Positions 40,233 to 49,649 of a stretch of DNA of 64,000 nt are shown here, in pieces (the first letter of the stretch is position 1; every line of letters begins with the position of its first letter). A program made the position numbers and the translations under genes. The stretch is from assembly GCA_965216565.1 (NCBI GenBank), contig OZ244170.1, positions 2,592,001 to 2,656,000 of the forward strand, in the 5' to 3' direction. The DNA comes from Bythopirellula sp. GTDB taxonomy: Bacteria > Planctomycetota > Planctomycetia > Pirellulales > Lacipirellulaceae. The notes beneath the pieces are model-generated. The model did no database searches. It worked only from the letters and a program-made list of their open reading frames with translations, and had not been told where the DNA came from.

Positions 40233-40364
40233 ATCATCGAAGTAAAAACGTTAATGAGTTATTCTATCCGATTAATCCAGCCAATCTCGTAATCGTGTCG
40301 TTCGAGAACGCCGTACTTTCCCTAGTCCAATAATAACTTTGAGAACAAGAGTTCACACAGCTAG

Positions 40365-40850
40365 ATGAAGATTCGCAATTCCGACCGCCGAGAACAAGTC
40401 GTTCTGCAGATGACGCCGATGATCGACATCGTGTTTCAACTGCTGGTCTTCTTCATATTTACATTCAAAATTGTGCTGCCCGAAGGCGACTTCAATATCC
40501 GCATGCCGAGCGCTTCTGCAAGTTCTTCGAGCGAGCCGAGCGAAACACCTCTGATTCGCGTGCGACTGCGTGCCAACGAGAATCGCGAGCTAGCCAGTTT
40601 GCAACTGGGCGATCGACCGATGGAATCTACGACGCCCTTCTACGAATTGCAGCAAGAAATTCGGGCATTGGTTGGCGACGATGCCGGTCCTGGGCAAAAC
40701 GAACAAGAAGTCGAGATCGAAGCGGATTACGAACTCAAATATCGCTACGTCATTAATGCAATCACAGCGATCACCGGCTACACCGATGCTAATGGCGAGC
40801 AGCATAAGCTCGTTGAGCGGGTGAGATTTGCTCCTGTGAAGCAGCCTTAG
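40365..40850 (+). CDS. ExbD/TolR family protein (second copy)
   Basis: QMTPMIDIVFQLLVFFIFT, VEIEADYELKY. Confidence 0.9.
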   Translation: MKIRNSDRREQVVLQMTPMIDIVFQLLVFFIFTFKIVLPEGDFNIRMPSASASSSSEPSETPLIRVRLRANENRELASLQLGDRPMESTTPFYELQQEIRALVGDDAGPGQNEQEVEIEADYELKYRYVINAITAITGYTDANGEQHKLVERVRFAPVKQP

Positions 40851-40877
40851 ATAATCTGAATCTGCTGAAGAGTTCAC

Positions 40878-41816
40878 CTACGCACGGGGGTGAAACTCCT
40901 GGTGAACTCTTTGCAATCGCGTGTGGTCGACGTGGGTGTAAATTTGCGTCGTTGCAATACTGGCATGGCCGAGCATTTCCTGCACTAGCCGCAAGTCGGC
41001 CCCTCCGGCAAGCAAATGTGTTGCAAAACTATGCCGTAGTGAATGAGGGCTAACTTCGCTAGAAATCCCCGCGCGGGCAGCATACTTTTTCAACAGTTCC
41101 CAAATTCGTTCTCGACGTAGTGGGGCGCCTCGCGTTGAAAGCAGAACCCGTTGTGAGTTTTTCCCAGATCGCGTTGCCAGGTCGGGGCGTTCCTCTTCGA
41201 GATACTTCTTCACTGCCGCGATTGCGCGGGTACCCAAAGGGACGATTCGCTGCTTGTCTCCCTTGCCATGGCAGATGCAGTAACGCTCTTTGAGATGAAG
41301 ATCGCGAACCCGGAGCGACGACAGTTCCGAAACTCTGCAACCGGTTGCGTACAATAGTTCTAAAATCGCTCGGTCTCTTAGCCAAAACGGATCAGCACGA
41401 CGGGGGCTAGTGAGCAACTTTTCCACCTGCTGCTCCGAGAGCACTTGCGGCACGCGCTGCCAGAGTTTTGGCGAACCCAAGAGTTCCGCTTGATTGTCAG
41501 ACAACACCCCTTCAAGCTGGAGGTAGCGGAAAAAAACTTTTAGAGAAGCCACATGCCTGGTAATGCTCTTGGGCGCGAGCGACTGCTCGCCGAGCCAGGC
41601 AGGATAGCCTGCCAGATCGCTCACCGACAAACCAGGCAATCGTTTGCCGCCCAACCAATGATAGAATCGCTTGAGATCTCGGGCATAGGCCTCCACGGTA
41701 TTTGCCGAAAGATGACATTCGCTGCGGAGATAGTCGGAAAAGTCTTCCTGCCATCGTGAAGCCTGCCGCTGGGCCGTCTGCCTTCGGGGAGTCAGTTTTT
41801 TACGGTTGGACTTCAT
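40878..41816 (-). CDS. xerD: Tyrosine recombinase XerD
   Basis: LSANTVEAYARDL, RDRAILELLYATGCRVSEL, GKGDKQRIVP, SPHSLRHSFATHLL.GGADLR.VQEMLGHA.IATTQIYTHV. Confidence 0.9.
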   Translation of the reverse strand: MKSNRKKLTPRRQTAQRQASRWQEDFSDYLRSECHLSANTVEAYARDLKRFYHWLGGKRLPGLSVSDLAGYPAWLGEQSLAPKSITRHVASLKVFFRYLQLEGVLSDNQAELLGSPKLWQRVPQVLSEQQVEKLLTSPRRADPFWLRDRAILELLYATGCRVSELSSLRVRDLHLKERYCICHGKGDKQRIVPLGTRAIAAVKKYLEEERPDLATRSGKNSQRVLLSTRGAPLRRERIWELLKKYAARAGISSEVSPHSLRHSFATHLLAGGADLRLVQEMLGHASIATTQIYTHVDHTRLQRVHQEFHPRA

Positions 41817-42038
41817 AAGGGCTACCAGTGGGCCAGTGGTCTACATCAATTATCGGCGTGGGCTTCTCTCAGATTGTGTCCTAACCAACTTGCACTGGGC
41901 AGAAACGGTCGAGCGGGTTAATCTTGGCGTTTTTCCGTCCGACCTTATCATGTAGGGAAAATATGAGGATCACGGCCAGGTTGAATACCGAGTGCCTAGG
42001 GATGAGCCACCACCGCTGAGATTTGAGCAACTACTAAG

Positions 42039-43250
42039 ATGCAAAACGTTGTTATAGAAGAGCCCTACGAATTTGTGCCGCCCGTCTACAGCAATCTGTG
42101 GCCCAGGTTCATCCAAAAGTTTGTTGGCCCACACATCCTCCGCACTTACGGAGTCCACTCCACGGAGAGCCGCAATGTGGAGCATCTCCAGAAGTCGTTA
42201 GATGAGGGGCACGGCGTGCTGGTCGCTCCGAATCATTGCCGGCTTTGCGATCCGCTCACTCTCAGTTGTGTCACCACGAAAATCAACCGCAACATGCATG
42301 CGATGGCCTCATGGCATCTGTTCAAGAGCGATTGGCTGACGCGTTTTGCACTACGACGAATGGGAGCCTTTAGCGTCTATCGCGAAGGAACCGACCGCCA
42401 AGCAATTAACACGGGCGTGGATATATTAGTAGATGGCCAGCGGCCCCTGGTGGTTTTTGCTGAAGGCGCTGTGTCGCGCCACAACGATGTCTTAATGCCA
42501 CTGATGGATGGCACGGCATTCATTGCCCGCACGGCGGCCAAGCGTCGCAAAAAGCTGGGTATCCCTGGAGGCATTGTTGTCCATCCTGTGGCAATTCGTT
42601 ATTTCTTCCACGGTGATCTCGAAGCGTCTATCCTTCCAGTGATGGAAGAAATCGAATCTCACTTTGCTTGGTATCCGCAGCAGGAGAAGTCGATCGTCGA
42701 GCGTCTTAACCGAATAGGCCAGGCACTGCTCTCACTCAAAGAAATTGAGTATCTAGGTGGGGCACATAGTGGCGATTTCTACGAGCGCGTCGACAACCTG
42801 ATCGAAGGCGTACTCTCCGACTTGGAAGAGGAGTGGGAAGTCAAGAATAGCGGCGAAGGGATCGTGTCGCGGGTGAAAAACTTACGAACGGCTATTGTGC
42901 CCGACATGGTGAAAAACAATGTGTCGGAGCAAGATCGCCAGCGCCGCTGGAGGCACTTGGCCAAATGCTACTATGTGCAGCAAATGTCTCACTACCCACA
43001 CAAGTACGTCCGTCAAAGCCAACCCAACGTGATCGAGCACATCCTAGAAACAGTGGAACGGTTCGAGGAAGACTTCACCGACAAAGTCAGCAAGCATCCG
43101 CCTCTCCATGTCGTGGTACAGGTGGGAGAAGCCATTCCTGTCGAGCCTCAGCGTGATCGAAAAGCAACATCCGATCCTGTGATGGATGGCATCCACAACC
43201 AGCTCACGGCCATGCTGACTGAGTTGTCCAAGGAAGCTCGAATGGTTTGA
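42039..43250 (+). CDS. PlsC-like phospholipid/glycerol acyltransferase
   Basis: NHCRLCD (HX4D), GAFSVYR, VFAEGAVSR, VHPVAIRY. Confidence 0.85.
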   Translation: MQNVVIEEPYEFVPPVYSNLWPRFIQKFVGPHILRTYGVHSTESRNVEHLQKSLDEGHGVLVAPNHCRLCDPLTLSCVTTKINRNMHAMASWHLFKSDWLTRFALRRMGAFSVYREGTDRQAINTGVDILVDGQRPLVVFAEGAVSRHNDVLMPLMDGTAFIARTAAKRRKKLGIPGGIVVHPVAIRYFFHGDLEASILPVMEEIESHFAWYPQQEKSIVERLNRIGQALLSLKEIEYLGGAHSGDFYERVDNLIEGVLSDLEEEWEVKNSGEGIVSRVKNLRTAIVPDMVKNNVSEQDRQRRWRHLAKCYYVQQMSHYPHKYVRQSQPNVIEHILETVERFEEDFTDKVSKHPPLHVVVQVGEAIPVEPQRDRKATSDPVMDGIHNQLTAMLTELSKEARMV

Positions 43251-43259
43251 ACCAACAGC

Positions 43260-43667
43260 TCAGCCATTTGAGACATGAGCCATGCGGGAGTCGCGAATAG
43301 TTTTCACCACGTCGCGTCGCGACAGAATTCCCACTAGTTCGTCCCCATCGACAACCAGGAGTCGACGCAGGGTGGCTGCGTGAAAAATCTTCGCGGCCAC
43401 TTCGAGGGACGCGTTCTGATCGATCGTTCGCACGTCGCTAACCATCAGATCGCGGCAGCTTTGGAAACGTGCCGAATCACCTGCATTCGACTCAAACAAA
43501 CAGAGCACGTCATGCTCAGTGATCAGCCCCGCCAATTTACCCTCTTCGTCCACCACGGGCACACCGCTAATATCTCGCTCCACCATCAAATCGATGGCAA
43601 CGTCGATTGCCGCCGTATCGGGAACGGAAAGTGGACTCTGGGTCATAACATCTTTGATAAGGCTCAT
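43260..43667 (-). CDS. CBS domain pair protein
   Basis: IKDVMT...ISGVPVVD..GKLAGLITEHD and RRLLVVDGDELVGILSRRD. Confidence 0.92.
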   Translation of the reverse strand: MSLIKDVMTQSPLSVPDTAAIDVAIDLMVERDISGVPVVDEEGKLAGLITEHDVLCLFESNAGDSARFQSCRDLMVSDVRTIDQNASLEVAAKIFHAATLRRLLVVDGDELVGILSRRDVVKTIRDSRMAHVSNG

Positions 43668-44113
43668 CGACAGGCACTCCAAACTTGGTTGATTCCCACC
43701 ACGACTTAGGGTTTCCCCCTAAAGCTTACGTTAGAATTTACGTTGACGATTATGACGAATACGCCGGCATGGGCGGTAACGGTGCGTTCGATCCCAAGGG
43801 GTGAGAGACTGCCATTCCCTAATCGAAGCTCCTGAGCAAAATTCCTGCGCTCAGTGAACTCGAAATGAAGACTGGCTCGCGATTGCAGGGCCTTGCGTTG
43901 AACTCGGTTCCGCGCAGCCACAATCGCTTGACTGACCCAAATACCTGGGGAGCTTCAAGTGGTGCATCCGAATAAAGGGACGTGCGTGGCGACACTGCGC
44001 AGGCAGGGGTTCAAAGCTGTAGTCGCGCGTCGAGCCAATCCCTGTTTTCTCGACTCTCGGCATAAAACGCTTCAGTACTAAACGCCTAAGAGAAAATCCT
44101 TTACAATTGTTGC

Positions 44114-45193
44114 ATGGCAACTTCACAGGCATCCACGTCCCAAACATCTCTCTTCTCTGGCGGCGATTCTGCGACCGATCAGCAGAATGTGCCACTCTCA
44201 GAACTGACGAATGGCCAGGAATCGAGCTTCTTTGCCTTGCTGTCGGCAAAGGAAGAGCTTACGACCCGCGATGGCAAACCGTATTTCCGAGTGACATTTC
44301 GCGATGCGAAACGCGAGGTTAGTTTCCCCATTTGGAGCGATACCTCCTGGAGTACCGTCTGCCGCGAACAATGGACTGTGGGAGAGTTTTACAAGCTCCG
44401 GGCCATGTTTCGCGAAACCAACTATGGCCCGCAGTTGGAAATACGCAAGATACGCCTCGTTTCTGATGACGACCGAGCCGCAGGCTTCGATCCTGCGATG
44501 TGCCTGCCGCAATCGAGATTCGATCCGGAGGAGTTGTTCGACGAACTCGTCGAACTCATCAAGAATGCGATCAGCGACGAGCCGCTGGCCGAGTTCGTGC
44601 TCTCGATTCTACAAACATATCGCGAAACGCTATTGGTACTCCCTGCTGCGAAATTCAATCATCATGCTCACGTTGGCGGGTTCTTGGAACATGTTCTTTC
44701 AGTCTCGCGGACTTGCGAATATCTGGCCAATAAGTATCAGGACATGTACCCCGAGATGCAGCCGCCACTAAACAAGAGCCTCGTTGTGGCGGGCGGCGTG
44801 CTACACGACATTGGCAAGATTCGAGAATTAGAAGTCACTCCGTCCGGGGCAGAATACACGCCGGCGGGTTCTTTGATCGGTCATATTCTCCAAGGCCGCG
44901 ATATGTTGCGGGAAGCAGCCATAGACCATCCGCTTGAAGAGGAAACGCTGCTGCGACTAGAGCACATGATCGTCGCTCACCAGCGATTGCCGGAGTGGGG
45001 TTCGCCCAAACCGCCAATGACGCCCGAAGCCTTACTCGTTCACTATGCGGACGATTGCGATGCCAAGCTAGCGATGATGGCCGCGGCGTTAGAAGAAGAT
45101 GCGACCGATGGCCCACTCACAAGTGGCCGCAATCCGTTGCGTACACGGATCTATCGAGGGGAGAGAGCTGAGAATCTGGAGTCTGGAGACTAG
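44114..45193 (+). CDS. OB-fold + HD domain 3'-5' exoribonuclease YhaM/CBF1 family
   Basis: TTRDGKPYFRVTFRD, PAAKFNHHAHVGGFLEHVLSV, LHDIGKIREL, GSLIGHI, GSPKPPMTPEALLVHYADDCDAK. Confidence 0.88.
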   Translation: MATSQASTSQTSLFSGGDSATDQQNVPLSELTNGQESSFFALLSAKEELTTRDGKPYFRVTFRDAKREVSFPIWSDTSWSTVCREQWTVGEFYKLRAMFRETNYGPQLEIRKIRLVSDDDRAAGFDPAMCLPQSRFDPEELFDELVELIKNAISDEPLAEFVLSILQTYRETLLVLPAAKFNHHAHVGGFLEHVLSVSRTCEYLANKYQDMYPEMQPPLNKSLVVAGGVLHDIGKIRELEVTPSGAEYTPAGSLIGHILQGRDMLREAAIDHPLEEETLLRLEHMIVAHQRLPEWGSPKPPMTPEALLVHYADDCDAKLAMMAAALEEDATDGPLTSGRNPLRTRIYRGERAENLESGD

Positions 45194-45226
45194 GGCGAAA
45201 GGGCCTCAAGTCTCTCAACTGAAAAG

Positions 45227-45300
45227 TGGGTGTGCCAGGATTCGAACCTGGGACCTCAGCCTTATCAGGGCTGCGCTCTAACCAACTGAGCTACACACCC
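45227..45300 (-). tRNA. tRNA-Ile (GAT)
   Basis: GGGTGTGTAGCTCAGTTGGTTAGAGCGCAGCCCT-GAT-AAGGCTGAGGTCCCAGGTTCGAATCCTGGCACACCCA folds as a cloverleaf; CCA not encoded. Confidence 0.97.
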
Positions 45301-45641
45301 GCATGCGGGGTTACGACTGTCTGGGACGCCTTCTAGTCCGCTATCTAGTCCGACCAGTGGCCTACCACCGATCGGCAGACAAATCTCCGAATCGCTTATT
45401 TTAAGAATCACCCCCGAGGTTGGGAACCCTCGTCACACAGTTGCCACACGATTTTTAAGGGTTCCGTCCCAGCCCGAGCTGAAACGTCTTGGCAGGGCTA
45501 TCACAAGCCCCGCATCGGTCTGGCCGTGACTCCGCATTTCCGGCTATAAATAAGCTTTCGAACGCATCTTCTGTATCGAAACCTAACACCCGGTAAGGCC
45601 CACTCTTGTCCGGCACACCACGACTCAAGGGATTTTTTCGG

Positions 45642-47576
45642 ATGTCAATCAATCAACTTCTCTCGGCCTCGCTCCTGGGCATCACTTTGTTTGTCGCTCA
45701 AACGGCCCAGGGAGCTCCCAGTATCAAAGACGCCCTCTCCCCTACCCCGGTTCAGGACGGAATCGAATACGATACACCTGCCGAGAGTACTTTCGACCAA
45801 TGCACGATCAAGGCTGAGAAAATCAATGGTACGACCGCCTGGATAGTTCGCGGCCCCGAAGGCAATACGCTCCGCCAGTTTGCCGACGTGAATGGGGATA
45901 ATGTCGTCGATACATGGAGCTATTTTCTAGATGGCCTGGAAGTTTACCGAGATATCGATGGTGATAATAACGGCAAGGCCGATCAGCATCGCTGGTTCCA
46001 TGGTGCCGGTACCCGTTGGGGAATCAATAGCGACGAAGACAAACAAGGCACGATTGATCGCTGGAAGATGATCTCCGCCGAAGAGGCGGCAGAAGAGCTA
46101 GTCGCCGCCATTCGCACAAGCGATTCACGTCGATTCGAGGCTTTGCTGCTCTCTGATCAGGAAATTTCGGAACTCGGGCTCAGCGATGCAGAATCGAACC
46201 GACTCGCGCAACGGATCGCTCAGGCAAAGCAGGCTTTTGAAAAACTGATTGCCGACGAACATTTCCAAGGCAACAGCCAGTTTACTGACTTCGGAGGCCT
46301 AAAGCCCGGAATAGTTCCTGCTGGCACGCGGGGTTCTACCAAAGATTTACATGCGTATGAAAGTGTTTGGGCGATGGTCCTAAACGGCGGCGACCATCAG
46401 CAATTGCAACTGGGTACGATGATTAACCATCAAGGGGCCTGGAAGCTGACAGACTGCCCCGTCCTGGGAACTGCCCAAGAAGTGGCCAGCGGCTTCTTCT
46501 GGAACTCCGGTGGAGGTGCGGGTGTGGCAAGTGCTTTGCCGACAGGCTCTGAGCCGACCGAAAAAATGCAAGAAATCCTAGCCAAGCTGGAGGAAATTGA
46601 CAAAAAGATTGTTTCAGCCGGGAAGAATGAGAGAAACGAGCTGAACACATCGCGAGCTAAGCTCCTGGCAGAGCTAGCCAATGTGGCCCCCAATCAGAAC
46701 GAACGCGAGCAGTGGCTTAAGCAACTGGCCGACATGGTGAGTGCTGCGGCACAGGACGGTTCGTATCCCGAGGGGATCGCCTACCTGAAGAAATGGGAAC
46801 AAAAGCTCGACGCAGACGGCGAGAAAAACCTTCTTGGATATTTCCAGTTTCAGAGAATGCTGGCGGAATACTACGGCGTCACACTGGCCCAGGAGAATGT
46901 CGATGCAGCCAAGGCCCACGGCAACTGGTTGAAATCGTTGGAGGCGTTTCTCGACGAGCATCCTGAGAGCGAACATGGAGCAGAGGCTCTGCGGCAATTG
47001 GCCATGGCTAGCGAAATATCGGGCGAAAACGACGAAGCAGTGAGATGGTATCGACGTCTGCTCAAGGATTTTTCTAATAGCGTCCATGTCGATATGGCAC
47101 GCGGAGCAATCACCCGGCTGACCAGCGAAGGGCGAGAGATTCGTCTGGTAGGCAAAGCCTTGGACGGCAGTCCGATCGATCTTTCCAAATCGCGTGGCAA
47201 AGCCGTGGTTCTTCAATACTGGACTACATCGTGCGACGTCTGCACTTCCGACCATGCCATTTTAGGCGAGTTGTTCAAGAAATACGGCAATGGTCGTGGA
47301 CTGGAAGTGATCGGGGTTAATCTCGATTACACGCGTGACAAACTCGTCGAGTATCTTCGAGAAAAACGCCTTCCCTGGAAGCAAATGTGGGAGCAAGGTG
47401 GATTCGATAGCGGGCTCGCACGAGACATGGGTGTGGTCACGGTGCCGCTGATGATCCTTGTGGGACCCGACGGCAAGGTAGTGAGCAGCAATATCCGTGC
47501 TGAGGAAATTGAGGGCGAGATGAAGAAGATGATTCAAAGTCGTGCTCAAACACCCAAGAAGCAGCTTACTCGCTAG
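45642..47576 (+). CDS. Exported multidomain protein with TPR region and C-terminal TlpA-like redoxin domain
   Basis: Signal peptide, DVNGDNVVD/DIDGDNNGKAD motifs, TPR helices, RGKAVVLQYWTTSCDVC, VIGVNLD, VPLMILVGPDGKV. Confidence 0.85.
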   Translation: MSINQLLSASLLGITLFVAQTAQGAPSIKDALSPTPVQDGIEYDTPAESTFDQCTIKAEKINGTTAWIVRGPEGNTLRQFADVNGDNVVDTWSYFLDGLEVYRDIDGDNNGKADQHRWFHGAGTRWGINSDEDKQGTIDRWKMISAEEAAEELVAAIRTSDSRRFEALLLSDQEISELGLSDAESNRLAQRIAQAKQAFEKLIADEHFQGNSQFTDFGGLKPGIVPAGTRGSTKDLHAYESVWAMVLNGGDHQQLQLGTMINHQGAWKLTDCPVLGTAQEVASGFFWNSGGGAGVASALPTGSEPTEKMQEILAKLEEIDKKIVSAGKNERNELNTSRAKLLAELANVAPNQNEREQWLKQLADMVSAAAQDGSYPEGIAYLKKWEQKLDADGEKNLLGYFQFQRMLAEYYGVTLAQENVDAAKAHGNWLKSLEAFLDEHPESEHGAEALRQLAMASEISGENDEAVRWYRRLLKDFSNSVHVDMARGAITRLTSEGREIRLVGKALDGSPIDLSKSRGKAVVLQYWTTSCDVCTSDHAILGELFKKYGNGRGLEVIGVNLDYTRDKLVEYLREKRLPWKQMWEQGGFDSGLARDMGVVTVPLMILVGPDGKVVSSNIRAEEIEGEMKKMIQSRAQTPKKQLTR

Positions 47577-47599
47577 CAAAGCTAAGGATCTACGTACTA

Positions 47600-47651
47600 A
47601 TAGCCGGACTGCCACGCAGTCCAAGGCCGGAGGCAAGTGTGCCTCCGGCTA
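47600..47651. repeat. TAGCCGGA two-hairpin repeat, copy 2
   Basis: ATAGCCGGACTGCCACGCAGTCC-AAGG-CCGGAGGCAAGTGTGCCTCCGGCTA. Confidence 0.85.
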
Positions 47652-47820
47652 AATCTCGAACTCCAGCTGCGCGACCGGCTCATTGTGAGACGCGGCCTTG
47701 TACAAACTACAATTGGTCGGAGAGTTCTTCACTACTTTCGCTAAAGTCTGCGCGGCTTTCCTGATCGTTAAACTCTGTGAAACACTTTGTTAATGCGTCT
47801 TTCCGCAACCCACAAAACAA

Positions 47821-47837
47821 TTGGCACACGAATCGCG
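47821..47837 (+). promoter_or_regulatory. Putative sigma54 promoter
   Basis: TTGGCACACGAATCGCG: TGGCAC at -24 and GC after the 10-nt spacer. Confidence 0.65.
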
Positions 47838-47968
47838 TAAAGAATGCATCACGGCAAGCGAAAGGTTTCACTTGCCTCGCGGCGTGCAGGACGCACGCTC
47901 GCTAGCATTCGCACTCTTTGTTTCTTCTCGCCATGGATACGGTAAGGGATTACCGGTGCACTCTACAT

Positions 47969-48256
47969 ATGACTTCTTTCGCAGGTTTCTATGCTCTTTG
48001 GATTAGTGTTCACTTCTTAGGTTTGGCAACCGCTTGGCTGGTCCGCATGTCTGCGGGACATCGATTAGAAGGTTTCATGGCACTAGTATTTCTGGCCTCG
48101 CTGCCGATGATCGCGCTGGCAACCCTGGTGGGACAGCATTTCTGCTTAACTGCCTGGCCGTTGTCGGCTTGCACGTTGGCCGTGATGATCGTGATGGCTA
48201 CGCTCGACGTTGGAACCGACGATTCGATGCTAGCGGCGAACGATCCAATCAACTAA
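47969..48256 (+). CDS. Small hypothetical membrane protein (about 3 TM)
   Basis: Three hydrophobic segments; start uncertain (47933 or 47969). Confidence 0.65.
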   Translation: MTSFAGFYALWISVHFLGLATAWLVRMSAGHRLEGFMALVFLASLPMIALATLVGQHFCLTAWPLSACTLAVMIVMATLDVGTDDSMLAANDPIN

Positions 48257-48480
48257 GTGCTAGCGAAACTCTGGTATTTGGCTGTCAAACCAAACGCGAA
48301 TTCCCCAGCTTCGCGCGATGGTCTCCGATTCATCAGTAAAATCGGAAAAAAACTCCCTTCCGGCATCCTCCTCTGCCGAAACTCTTTACCAGATCAAACA
48401 ACTTTTCTGTCTGCAATTCTTTGCGCCACCTGAAAGTGCTCGGTGGACGCGCAGGAGAAACACTTAGGAGGGGGAATACA

Positions 48481-49221
48481 ATGCGGAGTTTATTCTTAGG
48501 TCTGATTATGGCTGTGGCTGTATCAGTCCCCGCAACGCAAACGAGTTTTGCTGGCACCAGCGACGAAGCTGTGGCCAAGACGATCGCCAACGAACTAAAA
48601 GAGAGCGGCCGGCTAAAAGACTACCGTGTCGGCGTGAAATACAAGGACGGAGTCGCTTGGATTTCTGGTACGGTAACGAGTCGGCAACAAAAGCAGATTG
48701 CCGAAATGCTCGTCAACAATAGCGCTGGCGTAGAACACGTCGTCAGCAAGCTGGAAGTTGAGGGCGGCAGTGCTATCAACCAGGTTTCTGCATCGCAGAG
48801 CCGACGCCGACCTACACAAAACAACATGCCAGTACCTTACGCTCGCGCCGGACAGGGCGTGCGTCCAGCTGGCTACACTCAGCAAGCCAACTTTTGCCCT
48901 GGTGGGAATTGTGGACCAGGTGGCGGCACTATGGGGCCAGGACCCATGGGACCTGGTGGCGGAGGATACGCTCCTCAAGCCACGGGACAAGCAGTAAGCC
49001 ACGACAACCCACAGATGCCCGGCTATGCCTGGCCAAGCTATGCGGCCTCGCCCAACTACGCGGCGTTGACGTACCCACAACAGTACTCCGCTTCAGCCTG
49101 GCCTTATATCGGCCCGTTCTATCCTTATCCTCAGGTGCCGCTCGGATGGCGCAAGGTGACCTTGGAGTGGGACGACGGCTGGTGGTTCTTGGATTTCAAA
49201 GACTGCAAGCACTGCAAGTAG
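48481..49221 (+). CDS. BON-domain protein with aromatic/Pro-rich C-terminus
   Basis: GGAG-rich RBS, signal peptide, BON pattern VGVKYKDGVAWISGTV...AGVEHVVSKLEV. Confidence 0.85.
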   Translation: MRSLFLGLIMAVAVSVPATQTSFAGTSDEAVAKTIANELKESGRLKDYRVGVKYKDGVAWISGTVTSRQQKQIAEMLVNNSAGVEHVVSKLEVEGGSAINQVSASQSRRRPTQNNMPVPYARAGQGVRPAGYTQQANFCPGGNCGPGGGTMGPGPMGPGGGGYAPQATGQAVSHDNPQMPGYAWPSYAASPNYAALTYPQQYSASAWPYIGPFYPYPQVPLGWRKVTLEWDDGWWFLDFKDCKHCK

Positions 49222-49344
49222 TTTGATTCCTAAGCCAGATGCAGACAGAGCCTCGTCGACCAAGTGGTCGGCGAGGTTTTTCCATGCGCTGCTTGCATTG
49301 TCACAGACTTGCATTGTCACAGAGAAGAGTGAGATTTCAATTTC

Positions 49345-49400
49345 TAGCCGGAGGCACACTTGCCTCCAGAGCCATACGGACCGCGCGGCGGGCCAGCTAT
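49345..49400. repeat. TAGCCGGA two-hairpin repeat, copy 3 (reverse orientation)
   Basis: TAGCCGGAGGCACACTTGCCTCCAG...GGACCGCGCGGCGGGCCAGCTAT is the reverse complement of copies 1 and 2 with a few changes. Confidence 0.8.
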
Positions 49401-49649
49401 CTGACTCGCTATTCCTAGTGAATTGGCTCGCTCTTTCGACATCGCGATTGAACCGACTGCTAGCATGCCTGATTCTTTTTTTCGTTACAGTCGGAAAAGG
49501 CCGCAAGTTTTGCCCAGCTTCTCTCGATAAGTATTACGACGCCACCACAGCAATGCGTCTGGGTGGTGATGAGTCTCGGTAAGTTACACGCTGAGAATGC
49601 TTGGCCACGATTTCGACCGAATCACTTACAAGGACAGAAGGTAGATTCG

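Noticed and set aside
43683..44113. 430-bp gap between CBS and YhaM-like genes as a hidden gene or ncRNA
   Set aside because: Divergent promoter region; short ORFs lack protein-like features and only one small hairpin was seen.
40878..45300. Tyrosine recombinase near a tRNA as an integrative element
   Set aside because: The protein has chromosomal XerD signatures, intervening genes are housekeeping-like, and no duplicated tRNA 3' end or att repeat was seen.
26448..49400. Palindromic repeats as CRISPR repeats
   Set aside because: Copies are isolated and kilobases apart, with no spacer array and no cas genes.
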